From NCBI RefSeq assembly GCF_009834535.1, contig NC_045698.1, positions 932,001 to 996,000 on the forward strand: a stretch of 64,000 nt of DNA, read 5' to 3'. Of the stretch, positions 26,161-38,362 are shown in pieces. The DNA is from Camelus ferus (taxonomy: Eukaryota). The notes under the pieces are model-generated. The model searched no databases, was not told the DNA's origin, and saw nothing but the letters and a program-made list of their open reading frames with translations. Both the position numbers and the translations under genes were made by a program. Position 1 is the stretch's first letter, and the number at the start of each line of letters is the position of its first letter.

Positions 26161-28664
26161 CGGACTCATCTCCATGCCCTGCTTCCCCAGGGGCCCTGCA
26201 AACACACTCCCTCTTCACACAGTTCAGAGGCCACTTCTGAATCTGTTTCTTGGATGACAGGGAGCCCATGCCGCGAGTGGCCGGGATGGACCTGCCTCAG
26301 GTCCGGGCTCTGGGAGGAACTGGCCGCGCAGGGTCACTTCCTCACCCGCAGAGCAAAGGGCAGGGCCACCAGGGCCGCGGTGAGGTGAACAGGAGTGAGG
26401 TGCAAGTCGCCCCACGAGCAGGCAGGTGCTCTGGTGGAGGGAGCTGGCCGGGCCTCCGCTCCCCACCCACGTCCACCAGCGCCCGGGACATTCAGTCCCC
26501 CTTGGCCTCCTCTGCAGTCCCCAGCCAGGCAGGTCCCCAAGTCCCCTGCCCTCTCAGGGAAGCAGTTTCCGCCGCCCGCGGCCTCCCCCCCCAGGCTGGT
26601 CCAGGCCGCTCGGCCGGGACTGTCCGTGCTCACGCACCTGCCAGGCCTGCCACGGGGAGGAGAGGACTGTGTCAGCAGTTCTGCGTGACCTGGGACACAA
26701 GGCTCCTGGAGCGCCACCTTCATCTCCTGCCTCCGCTCTGTGACCTGGAGGCCACAGGCTCCAGAGTGGGGTGGGGAGGCCCCTGGCCCCTGGCCCGTGC
26801 CCAGCAGTGACGTGGTGAGACAGGGACCCTTGTCGTTACTGCAGCGTGGTCCCCCTGCCCCGGCTGAGGCCTGGCACGTGGCTCTCCTGCAGGATGCCCG
26901 CCTCCTCGCCCGGCCACGGGCCTCTGGGGCATCTCCCGCAGCTCCTTGTAGGAGTCTGATGCTGCCGGTGGGAAGACTGAAAAACGGGATGCGGGCAGGC
27001 CCTAACTTGCGGGGTGAAGAGGATGGCGGTCCCGCTCTGCCCCGGGGCCCCAGAGAGGCTCTTCGGGGGCCTTCTCCGTCAGCCCTGTGACCTCGGGGCG
27101 GTCTCTCAGCCCATCGTCCCAGACCGGTGGCCTGTCCCGACATTTCAGCAGGAGACTCTGCAGGGGGCGGTGTGAGAAGGTCCCAGGGAAGCAGGAGGCT
27201 CGGGAGGTTGGGCCGAGGTTGGGCCTGTGCCCCGGACGGGGGGAGCTCAGCGGCCAAGCAGCACTGAGGGCGGCGCCACGCCTTGGGCTGCGGCCACCGA
27301 GGTGAAGTCCTCCTCTGCCTCTGGACCTTCTTGGAGGCAGTGTTCCTGTACCTGTATAGGTGTTTGTGCCTGGGCAGCTCCTGAGTGTCCCAGTGCGCCC
27401 CGCCCACAGGCCCCAAGATGCATGAATACCAGCAGGTCCCGCCCCCAACGGGCAGCCCCAGCTCCCTTCTCAGAGAAAGTTCCAGGCCTTTCCCACCGGA
27501 GGGGCTCTGCCTGGGACACGTGCGTCCTGCGCGGTTGCAGGAGTGGGGCGTGATGGGGGCTCGGAGGGGCTTCAGAGAGGCTGGGAGAGGCAGCGAGCTG
27601 GGGGCACAGTCGGGGGCTCTCTCCATTGGGCTGTGGGCCCCCAACAACAGACACACCCACCTCGCCCCCAGGGAAGCGGCAGCTGCAGCGAGGGCTCACG
27701 TTCCGTGCCCCGCCGTCCCTGGAGATGCCCCCTCGTGTGTGCATGCCTGACCGCGAAGTCCACCAACGTGTCACATGCTTTGGGCCACTTGTGTTTCCTG
27801 CCTTGGAGGTATGTGTTCACACTTTCCCCTGAGCTTTCGTCTTTTCCTCGTTGACTTGTAGGAGCTTAAGGAAACAGACATCACCCCTCCAGCGCCCCCA
27901 GCGTGCTCCTATCTCAGTCTCTCATTTTGATTTTCCTTCCTTCTGTCCCCCGCACTGTTCTGATCACTCGGACGTTGTTAAATGTAGTCGTCTTTCATGG
28001 ACGTTTTCATCTTCTTTTCATGGTTCTTAAATCTGTTAGGAAAGAGTTCTGCTTTCTGCTTGGGGAGATCCTGACTCTAGAGAAACGAACCATTTGGGGA
28101 AACTGGCCGGGAGGCCACAAGACACACCCGGAAGTTCGCGTCAAGGCCAGAGCCACCCTGCGTGGTTAACGAGAACCGACAGGCCGGGCGTGCCTGGGAA
28201 CCTGCCCCTGGCCTGCCAGCACCACCCACTCCTGCCTGTGCGGGCGGCTTCTCCAAGCCCACCCGCCTGTCCCCCGTCCCCGTCCCCTTTGCCTGGGCCA
28301 CTTCCCCTGCCTGCGGACCTGCCTTGGAGGAGCTCCTGCCTCCAGCTCGGCCCCCAGTCTGCTATGATGGTCTCAGGCCAGCGGTGACCTCGGGCCAGCC
28401 CAGGGGCCCCTCCTTCTTGGCCGGAGCGGGGCGTGCTCCTCCTCCAGGCTCCCCTGTCTGCCTGGCTCCCATTTCACCAGCTGTTGGACCTGGGAGGCCA
28501 CAGTGACAGGTCCAGGTGGCCAGCGGCAGGGTTTGGGCTCCACCTGTGGTTTCCCTCCAGAAACACAGGTCTGAGCACCTGGCCCCTGCTCTTGGCAGCA
28601 GAAGCGTGAGCACCTGTTAGCACCGGCCGGGCGCCCACCTGAGGGCACCTGTCAGAGGTGATCA

Positions 28665-29042
28665 GTGTGCGTGGTGGCCGTAACCAACTGCCTCAGACGG
28701 GTGCCTGAAACACTGGATGTCTGTGGACTCCCGGTTCTGGAGGTTGGAAGTCCAAGTTTAGGTGTCGGAGGGTGGTCCCCTCTGCTCCAGGCCTCTCTCC
28801 TGGGCATGTGGACGGCCGTCTCCCCGCTGCGTCTTCGCACCGTCACTGTTTCCTGTGCCTTTCTGTTCACGTGTCATTCTTCCTCTGAGGACACGGGTCC
28901 TGCTGGGTCGTGCTCACTCTCATGACCCCACCTTGACTTGATTACCTCTGTGAGGCCCCATCTCCAACAAGGCCATATTCATAGATGCTGGGAGGTAGGA
29001 CTTCCACCATGAATGTGCAGGGACACAGTTCAACCCATGACA
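28665..29042 (-). mobile_element. MLT1 (MaLR) LTR
   Basis: gttctggaggttggaagtccaag...catgaccccaccttgacttgattacctctgtgaggccccatctccaa...gggacacagttcaacccatgaca. Confidence 0.85.
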
Positions 29043-29613
29043 CAGATTGCGAGGAAATTGACAAGGAGGCTTTCGAAGTGAGCCATGGGAGGCAGGTCTC
29101 AGGAATCGAGGGTCAGTGGCGGCGGGCAGGCCTTGGGGAAGCTTCCAGACGGCCTGAGTGTCCTGTAGAGGAGTCACTGAGGTGTGCACCAGTGCTCAAC
29201 ACAGGCCCCTGCACTGGTGGCTGAGGGTGGCGCCTCCCCTCTCCCCCCGCATCCCCTCAGGTAACTGTCCCTACGCCCTGCTGGGAACGCACCTCACCAG
29301 CCCTTCCCCCGGGCTGCCCTCCCCCCAAGGATGCACGAAGGACCATCAGAGATGTGAGCCAGCCAGGACAGTTCTCTAGCCTTCTGTGCGGCCTCCAATG
29401 GCCCCTGACGCCTTGAGCCTGACTCGTCCAAGGCTGTGGGCAGGTGCTCAGAGGTGGAAAGGTCAAGAAAGGGGGCGCCATGTCTTCTGGGTCCCTGCTT
29501 GGCTCTTGCTCTGTGACAGCCGTGGACTCGCACCTCTTCCAGATGCTGCAGGGGAGCAGGTGAACAGCACCTGGGACCTTGTCCTCAGACCTCCCAGGTC
29601 AAGACAGCATTAC

Positions 29614-29644
29614 CGTCCAACACAACATTGTAAAATGACTATAA

Positions 29645-29693
<49 letters not shown>
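29614..29693 (+). mobile_element. About 80-bp 5'-truncated young L1 tail with (AT)21 microsatellite
   Basis: caacacaacattgtaaaatgactataactca is the L1 3' terminus; (AT)n at 29648-29689; 11-bp TSD gacagcattac at 29603-29613 and 29694-29704. Confidence 0.8.
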
Positions 29694-29694
<1 letters not shown>

Positions 29695-30479
29695 ACAGCA
29701 TTACTGCCCAAGCCCCCAGGGAAGGGGCGTGCCAGCTGGACCTGCTGGAGTGCTCCAGCCCGGGGCTCCTCCCAGACAGCGTGTGGCCCAGAGCCAGCAG
29801 GGGACATGTAGGAATTTGGGTTCTGACCCAGCACTGTTGGTGGGCTCAGCTCAGGGGGTCTGGATGGAAGCCAGGCTCCTGGGGCGAAACTGCCCTGAGT
29901 TCAGAAGCTGGGCTTGCCCCTGGTGACGGGGGGTGGGGTGGGGTGGGGATCTGGGGCAGCCCAGGTGACTCCTCCAAGCCTGGGGGAGAAACACGTTGCT
30001 TCCAGTAAGACCCCGGGATGGGGAGCCCCTGGGGCTCCCAATCCCCCAGATGGGCCAGTTTGGAACACTCCACCTTGCAAAGACAGGACAAGATGCTTCT
30101 CTGAGGATGCCTGCCTGGACCACGGGGGCCTGTGAACCTGTGAATCAGGTAGTGATTTTGTTAAAATGACTCCCTGGAGAGTGTGCGTATGCATGCATGT
30201 GACAGCGTGAGCACAGCCTCCCTCTTACCCTCACCCAGAGAGCACGACCAGGTACCAACTCTCTATTAAAGAAGTGTTTTAAAGGAAAATCTCTCAGAGC
30301 GGCCACGCAGCTCATTCTGCTCGGTGACCTGCTGTCTTCCCTGAACGCTGCGTTGGAGCGTCTCTCTGGCCACTAAGGGCACGTCTCACGCGTGGTTTAT
30401 GGGTGGTTTTACAGGGAGGTGCGGGGCTGTTTAAAACAGTTCCAGCTGTTGTGACTGGCCCTCCGTCCTCCGTTGCTCG

Positions 30480-30950
30480 TTCTCCCTCTGCTGCAGGGCT
30501 TGCCGTGCGCTGACTGCGACTTGAGATCGTCTCTGCGGAAGAAACGTCCCGGAGCCCCCCTAGTTCCTGGGGTGTCTGAGCCCACAGCGCCACCGTGTGG
30601 CGAGAGGAGCCCAGCGCGGGCGGCAAGCTGTGGGCTCCGCGGGCGGCGGGCGGCGGGGCGGCGGCGGGGCGGGCGGGCGCCGCGTTCTCCCGCGCGGGTG
30701 CTGTTTCCTCCCTGGGTCCCCGAGCCTGTGCTCGCCGGGCTGGGTCTCCCACGTTCCAGCTGCGTGCGGCCCGATCCCCTGGGGCCCCGCTCTCCTGGCC
30801 GAGCCTCTGGCCGGGAAGCATCGCCGGGGGCAAAGGCACTCAGAGCTCGAGTCCTGGGATGACCGGAGTGAGTGTAAGTCACCACGTGACTGTTCGCGGC
30901 TGAACAGTCCTGGAGTTGGGGGGGGGGGCGGGCACGGGCGGGGTCCTGGA
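30480..30950. promoter_or_regulatory. CpG-island-like segment with GC boxes and a CTCF-like motif
   Basis: Dense CpG; gggcggcgggcggcggggcggcggcggggcgggcggg at about 30641-30677; minus-strand GCCACACGGTGGCGCTG at 30585-30601. Confidence 0.5.
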
Positions 30951-33900
30951 AGGCCCAGGCAAGGGGGCAGGTGTCTGCAGGTGACTGGGCGCTGCGGGAG
31001 GAGGGGGCCGGGCCGGAGTCTGAAAGGCACCTGGGGCAGAGAGCGGGTGATGGTCAGGGGGCCCACAGGCCAGAGGACCCCGAGGTGCTGGGCGGGTCAG
31101 GTGGGGACAGGCCCACGGAGGCAGGCGGCCCCACAGTGGGGATGGGAAGGAGGGGGCCGCCGGCGGCCCAGGGTTTGAAACAGGGTGGTGGGTTTCTTTA
31201 GACACAGGGTGAGGGAGAGAGTGGCCTTGGGGCTGGGCTCCTGCTCAGGATCTCTGCTCTCCTCAGTTGGTGCCTCTTGGGGCCGGAATCACTCCTCTAA
31301 GATCTGAAAGGGAGCCCTGCTGTATTTTTCTCTTGTCCCGTCATAAAATCAATAAATGCAGTCTTTGGGAACTTAGAATGTATTTAAAGTGGACAGAAAA
31401 AAATAAAAATTAAGAGCACTGCTGGGGGATGGGTCCCATGGGGAGTGTGGCTCCTGCAGCCGGCGCACTGCTGCTCTCAAGTCCCACACGGGGTGGGGGG
31501 TGCAGGGGGGCTCGTGTCCTCCTCGAAGAGGACCCGCCCTGGGCCCCACTTCTCCCTACCTGTTCTCCTTCATCTACAGGTGAACTTATGCAAATCAAGC
31601 CTTAGGAGTCTCCCTGGGATCAAATGAGAAATAGGTGTTTATATACATACTTGACGCCACCCCAGGTCACCCTCAGCACCAACAGGGATCCTTCGGTAAC
31701 AATGTTAACCTGTTTTCTGGACTGTGCTTAGAATGTTCTGCTTTCCCCTGAACTGATGCGAGATGCACGCGGGTCCCCACTCCCCCTCCTTGTCGGAGGA
31801 GAGGCTCGCCCCCCAGGAGACCCCGTCCCCAGAAGACGCCCACCCCGTTTAACAAAACCCGATGGTGACCCCACAAAAGAGGCAAACGTTCTAAATAATG
31901 CTGCTGCGCAATGATTCTGAACAAAATTATGCAAATCAGACCACACATTGCCTCCAGAGGCCTCGGCTTCACCTCCCGGTGTCGTGACTCATGATCTGCT
32001 GTATCACACATGGACCTGGCTCGTCCCCCGACCCCCAACCAGCGGCACCTGGAACGCGCCCCGAGCCCTGTGGACGTCGCGCAAGAGCGAGTCGGGGCGT
32101 GGCCGGCAGGGCGGGGATGCGAGGCGTCCTGCTGACGCGTGCCCTGCGAGTTCGCGCAGGCCCAGGGAGGCTGAGGCGGGACTCGGCGGTTCGGGCAGTG
32201 CCGCAGCCGGAGGGTCTGGGAGCTGCCTCTGACGCAGTCTGGGGGTCTCACCGCTTCCCATGTGTCTGCAGCGCTTGTCGAATTTTTAAAAATGCAATAA
32301 AATGGTTTTTTTCTAACAGGTGTTCATTTCAGGGCCTTCTCCCCCCGCCTCCCCTCCTGGGGGCCCCCTACACCTGGTGCTTATCCTCTTTCCCACATGA
32401 GTGGGAGTGCGATGACTCAGTCTCAGACCCAGCCGCCCGAGCAGTGGGACGTGCACAGGCCGGGGCCCGGGGTGGCTGGGGTCTGTCTCGGCTGCCTCGG
32501 GGTCCTGGGGGGCGCCTGCCCCCCGGGGTCAGCCCCACCCCCAGGACGCTCCTGCTCTCTCCTCTGAGGTCCCCAGTGCCCTCTCAGGCCACAGGACAGC
32601 CCAGCCCAGCCCTGCAGCCCCGGCCGGCTGGGAGACCCCTTCTCAAGGCCGCAGTGGGGAAGGCTGTCCTCTGCCGTCGTGGGCTCTCTGCCGGGTCTGT
32701 GAGCACAGACAGATTCACAGGAGAAAATAATGTGCATTTATTTGATGTTGGTTTCATGTTCCTGGGGACAGGGGAGGCTTCACAGAAAGAAGCTAAAACC
32801 CAAGGCAAAGACTAGACTTGGGGAATTTTACGCTCTTTGACCGAGGAGGCTAAATTTCAAGAAGTGACAAGAAAGGGAGGAGGGGAGGCAAAGTGCAGGA
32901 CAGCTGAGCCTCTGGTGCTGAGGCGACCTCCCTGCAGGCCCCGGAAGCGGGCGCCCCGTCCCGAGGGAAGCTGTGGCCTGCCTCCAGGCGGAGGGGTCTG
33001 CTGCTCCCCCCACTGCCCTCAGCCCTCAGCCGTCCTCACGCCGGACGGTGCGTTTTGGGTGATTCACTCCGGTCCGCCCAGGCCCATCCTCACGGCGGCT
33101 GTGACCTGCGGTGGCCACTGTCTGCACACTGTGGGCAGGCCAGCCGCCTTCCGGACAGGCTTGTAAGGCCCTTGAGGGAGGATGCAAGGACCCAGCTTCC
33201 AGCGAGAGGAGAGGGGTGCACCCCAAACCCCCCAGTCTGCAGGGGAGGCCAGGGCAGGAGTGGGGGATGGCGTGCTGGGGGCGCTGATCAGGGGCCTCGG
33301 GGCCTTTCCTGCCTCCACAGCTGGGACTGTGGGCAGGTCAGAGCCCATCCTTCAGAGGGATGGAGGCAAGGGGGCACCAGAATAGAGGGGGGTCCCATAC
33401 CAGGCCCATCTCTGAGTCCCCACCCAGGCTCCCAGGCTCCATGCAGGTCCCCAGGCCCAACCCCAGAAGTCTTGTCGGTCGGCAGGGCCCAGGGAGCTGA
33501 GTATCACCAAGGTCCAGGGACCTGCTGGGTGTGTGGGGACCACCTTCAGTGTGGCAAGTCAGAAGGTGTGGGGCAGGATCGGGTTCACCAGGGAGGGTGA
33601 ACGTGGGCTGGGCTTCCAGAGCTTTCCGAGCACATGCTGGCCGTCCTGCCACAAAGGCAGGCTCCTGCCACTTCCACGGCTAGGGCAGCGACGGTGCTGG
33701 CAGTGAGACACTGCGCCTGCCTGATGCCCGGCTTGTACCCGCCCCAGTGCCAGTGCAGCCAGAACCTCCCTGGTGACGGCATCCATGCTGGCCTCCCTAG
33801 GAAATGCTGGTCCCTGCAGTTGTCTTCCTCGCTCGGGCTCCAGGGAAAGGCTTCCCCAAAGCAGGTCAGCACCATGGGGACCGGGGACAGGATGGGGGCT

Positions 33901-34425
33901 TTCCTGACAGCCTCGGTCCCCCACCAGAGCCCCGTCCTCCTGCAGTACGTGTGAGGGTGTGAGGGAGCGTGTGCAGCCCTGGTGTGCCAGTGTGCAAGCA
34001 CATGCTGTACCTGGGGTCACGCGTGGCTGTCTGTGCACCTCCGGCTGCCGTGTCCGCGTGCAAGCACGTGCGTGGGTCTCGGGCCCTGTGCAGCTGCCTG
34101 CGCACATGTGTGCACGTTTTCACAGGTGTGTACAACTGTGTAGGAAGGAGGAGCTCGGAGAAGGTGATGCAGGTTTTCCGTGGCTCCCCTGCCCCCACTT
34201 CCACAGACAGGACTCCAGGAGGCCATTTCCGAGGTGGGGAGGGAGTTGGGGGGCCTGTGAACAGGGTGACCGCAGCAGGCTCTGTATTGAGCTGAGGCCC
34301 TTGCTGAATCCAGGGGACCCTCAAGAGAGCGGGCAGCATTGGTACTGGCCATCCACGTGCCGTCCGAGGCTGCCTCCTAAGCCAGGACCGTGTGTCCCAG
34401 GTTCCAGCAGGACTGGCCGTGACCA

Positions 34426-34444
34426 CAGCGCCCCCTGGTGCTGC
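34426..34444 (-). promoter_or_regulatory. CTCF-like motif
   Basis: Reverse complement GCAGCACCAGGGGGCGCTG, close to the CCACCAGGGGGCGC core. Confidence 0.5.
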
Positions 34445-35964
34445 GCACGGAGGCCGCGGCGTTCCAGGGTCGGCCAGGAAGCTGGAGCGGCTTTGTGTCT
34501 GAGACGTCAGGGAGGTCGGGGAGGGGCCGGTGCTGCCTGACCCCACACAGATGCCCAGACGGGCCCATGGAAGGACGGAGGGACACACCGATCCACTGAC
34601 ACAGCGATAGGCAGGTCACCAGCTGGACATTGTTTTTAAGCAATTTCGTTGGTGACAGAAGAGAGTTCTGCCGGGTTTCTCTGGCCTCCCCAATGCCGGG
34701 TCCCACGAGACGGCTGAGCCCACCCAGGAGGAATGGCCAGAGGCTGTCTGAGACCAGCGAGGCCGCGGGAGCCGAGGTGCAGGACGGTGCTCCCAGCCCC
34801 TGGGGAACCACAGCGGGTGCCCTGCGGGCGGGGATGTGGGAGGGGCCGCACAGAGTGTCACTCGAGTCCCCTCCCCTCCTGCTGTCTCCCCATGGAAGAA
34901 CCCACCGAGGAGCGGAGGCCTGACACCTGGGTTTGGCCGCCTTCCCGCAGGGCTGGGGGCAGAAAGGGCTCGTGTCCGCCCCGCCTTCCCGCCCCCCAGC
35001 ACCGCCCTCACTCCCTCCAGGGCCCACTTCCCCTCTGCAGCTCCTGGCCGCCCTGGCTCTGGGGGGCGCTCTCCCTCCAGCAATAGTAACAGGACCGCAG
35101 GACACTCTTCCTGAGCAGGACTGGACCCCCACTCGCTCCTTACCCAGGGCCCCAGGATCACGGAGGAGGGAGCGGGTGGGGATGGGGGAGGGAGAGAGAC
35201 AGAGGCTGAGAGAGACAGAGGGAGGCGAAGGGGGCTCAGCTCCCCATCCTCATTCCAGCCTCACACGCGGTCAGCTCAGGATGTGCTCTGGCTGCAGCCC
35301 CCAACCCCGTCCACCCTCCCATGTCCAGCACCCCAGCCCCCAACCCCCAGGGCCGAGCAGCGGCCTCTGGGGTCCCGCCCCTACCCCCAGCGTGTCCACA
35401 TGTTCTCTGGTGTCCCCGCCCCAGGTCACTGCCACAGCCCTGTATTGGGTGAACTTCTGGCCGTGTGGCCCCGGGAGATGACATTCCTTGGGCTCAGGAA
35501 TGTGGCTGGGGAGCATCTGGCCCTGTCCATAGAGACCCCACATACAGACCCAGGGAAAGGCCAACTTTACCCAGTTGGGGGGGTCACCATGCTAAGCACC
35601 CCTGCACTGTACGGAGCGCCAGGCACCCACCACACCTGTTTGCCGAGAGCTGCGTCCCGGTGTTCGGCGTGGGGCCCGACTCGGCTGAGCCTCAACTCCT
35701 CATCCTTTGGACAAATGAGTGGGCCTGGAAACTGTCCCCACAAGCCCCGCGTGGGGCTGGAGGCCTGGAAAGACTCGTCCTTTCAGAGCCGCTGACCGGG
35801 GCGCTCAGCCGGCTCTCCTCTGGGATTTCCGCGAAGTGTCGGGTGGAAGTCTGTCCCTTCCGGGTCATAGCTACCAGTCCCGAGCACTGCGTGGCTTCGC
35901 ACGGTGCCTGGGTGAGCAGGCACTTCCGTTAACATCCCTGCTCCCCGGGACGTGTACACGGGCT

Positions 35965-36480
35965 TAAATGGTTAAACGGCGCAAACAAATACACTTGGCA
36001 AATGGAAATCAAACCTCCTTTTCTTTTAATTTCGGAGTGGTCTGTGGAAAGCTGACTTGAAAGACATTGAAATTGGAGAGGTAATTAATTCACAGGCACC
36101 TACAGGAGGGGGAGGACGCACCAATTGTTTGTAGCGTTTTGTAAGCACTGAAATTAATGTACTGTGAATTTGTCATTTCTGCCCGAAGTTACAGATTTGC
36201 TGTATTATAATTTAATCTTTTTAATGTAAAAAGAATAGGAATTTTGCCCTTTCTGGCCTCTCGGGAAGCAAGAACTAGTGTATCTAATTATCTGAACACA
36301 GACGAACATAAGGGATAGCAAGCAGTGAAATTGTAAGTCGAGGGGAGACCCCCGTCTTCTGATTAAACTCTCTTTCTGGGGCCCTTAGCAATCATGCCGC
36401 CCCTGTGTTCTTAGTAATTGCATGTGTCAAAGCCGAGGCTTTGTGTAAATGGGACGAGCGTGTTACAACGGTAATTCAGA
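35965..36480. promoter_or_regulatory. Candidate conserved non-coding enhancer
   Basis: Abrupt AT-rich block with no repeat similarity I can recognise; many TAAT/ATTA sites (gtaattaattc, aaattaatg, ctaattatc, ctgattaa, gtaattgc), SOX-like caattgtt, FOX-like gcaaacaaatac; a GC-rich patch follows at 36490-36590. Confidence 0.5.
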
Positions 36481-37383
36481 GGGAAGTGGACGGGGCTCCC
36501 GGCGGCCGGGCGGGCGCGGGGCAGGCGGCGGGAGGGCAGAGGCCCCGGGCGGCGGCGGCGGGGGGCGCGTGCGCCCAGGTCTCATCAGGCCACGTGGTGA
36601 CAGTGGAATTTCTGAAAAAGAGAAATGCAATTTACCAACACAAAGCAGCCACCTGCTCTCCCCATTACGCATGTAGTGGAGGCTCCCTGACTCCCTCCGT
36701 CCCTCCGGGGCAGTGAATTTCAACAGCGAGCCTGTCCGTCCTTGGATCGGTGGCACTGAAGAGGAGCTCTTCTGGACGTACTTAAATCTTAGCGATGAAG
36801 CAAAACTCTGTTTTGAACTTTCAGCTCCCCAAAGCCAGGGGAGTGTCCGCTTTTCTCTTTCTTTGCCCACCCCCTCCAGGAATCCCAGCCCTCCTGTGTT
36901 TTCCTGGCCCCTGAGTGATTTCTGCCTTTAAAATGTCTTTTCACTGAAGGGCTGGAGGGTTTCCAAGCAGGGGCTGCGGGGTGGACATCCCAGGACGAGG
37001 CCAGAGGCCCTTTCTGCTTCAGAGACCTTCTTTCTGAGGGGGAAAGGGGTCCACAGTGAAGGCGCTGCACTCAACACGGCGGACTTGGCGACACACTGGG
37101 TGGCCGCGGAGGCATAGGGCTGGTGAGGCCTCCATGCTGCTCTGCGTGGAGCTGCACGCAGCCACCGCCTTCCATGCATCCTGTGGCTCTGGTGGAGGGG
37201 ACACCGCCACCTGGCCTCCTCCCACGTGGATGGCCCCGAGCTGGGCCTCTGTCCGTGCCTCTTCCCGTCCGGGTTTCTTGCTGGCCTTCTTGGTGAGGAG
37301 CCAGGGGCCAGGGTTCAAGACTCCTCCAGCTGAGACGAGGGCGGAGCCCGGGGGCAGGCTTGGGAGCGCCCTCGGCTGTGCAC

Positions 37384-37701
37384 TGTCTTAGCTCAGCCGC
37401 CAAAACCAGCACCACAGACCTGGAGGCTGAAATACAGACATGAGCTTCCCGCAGTCTGGAGGCTGGACGTCTGTGATCCGGGCGCCGTGGGCTTGGTTCC
37501 GGGTGAGGCCTCCTCAGATGGCTGCCTTCCCACTGTCCCCTCGCCCAGCAAGGAGCCTGGTGTCTCTTCTCACAAGGGCACGAGTCCTGTCGGGTCAGCG
37601 CCCACGCTGTGCCCTCACTTCACCTTGACAACCTCTCGTCTCCATGGTCACGGGGGTCAGGGTGGCACGGGACTCTGGGGGACGCCGTTCAGTTCGCAGC
37701 A
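37384..37701 (-). mobile_element. MLT1A0-like (MaLR) LTR
   Basis: tgtcttagctcagccgccaaaacc...cagtctggaggctggacgtctgtgatc...ggtgtctcttctcacaagggcac...gttcagttcgcagca. Confidence 0.8.
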
Positions 37702-38209
37702 ACAACTTAGCACGTACGCCAACGCAGCGGGCACGTCTGTGGCCGGGAGGCAGGAGCGGCGAGCCGAGGAGTCCCCACGCTGACCCGGCCTGGATGGGCT
37801 GTCCTCCTCTTGCTGGCACAGCAGGTCCCGGAGGGGCTCCCAGGCTGTTGCTGCCCCAGCAGGGTGACATGCTCCCTGGAGACGGGTCCTTGCCTTTGAT
37901 GACATGGTCCACGTGAGAACATGTGGTTGGGCCATTGGGGGAAGGCCACGCTGGGCCCAGGCCTCCAGGGAGGAGGGGGATTTAGTGAATTACGCCGCCA
38001 TGTCCCTCACCCGCTCACACAGACCCCCACATTTGAGGGTCATTAGTGGTGGGGACATGGGCAGAGCAGGAGTGGATATTTGCCCAGTTGGGGGACCTGT
38101 GGCCAGAGGGACAAACTGGGATCCCGGGGCGGGCAGGTGCCCACCTGGAGTCTCAGCCACACTCTCCTCGGGCTCCGGGTGGAGGAGGGGGAGGAGTGGA
38201 GCTGCTTCC

Positions 38210-38362
38210 TGTGTGACTGCGTGCCTGTGTGCATGTGTGCATGTGCATCCCTGTGTGTGCGCACATGTGTGTGCCTGTGTGTGCATGTGTGTGTGCCTTT
38301 GTGTGCATGTATGTGTGCCTGTGTGTGTGCATGTGCATGCCTGTGTGTGCCTGTGTGTGTGT
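38210..38362. repeat. Imperfect (TG)n/(TGTGCA)n simple repeat
   Basis: tgtgtgactgcgtgcctgtgtgcatgtgtgcatgtgcatccctgtgtgtgcgcacatgtgtg... Confidence 0.95.

Noticed and set aside
26334..27656. Longest ORF (440 aa, minus strand)
   Set aside because: Pro/Gly/Arg/Ala-rich with no recognisable domain, and overlapped by ORFs in other frames. Expected by chance at this GC content.
33866..33891. Partial REST/RE1-like motif tcagcacc...ggacag
   Set aside because: Non-canonical spacing and a poor right half-site.
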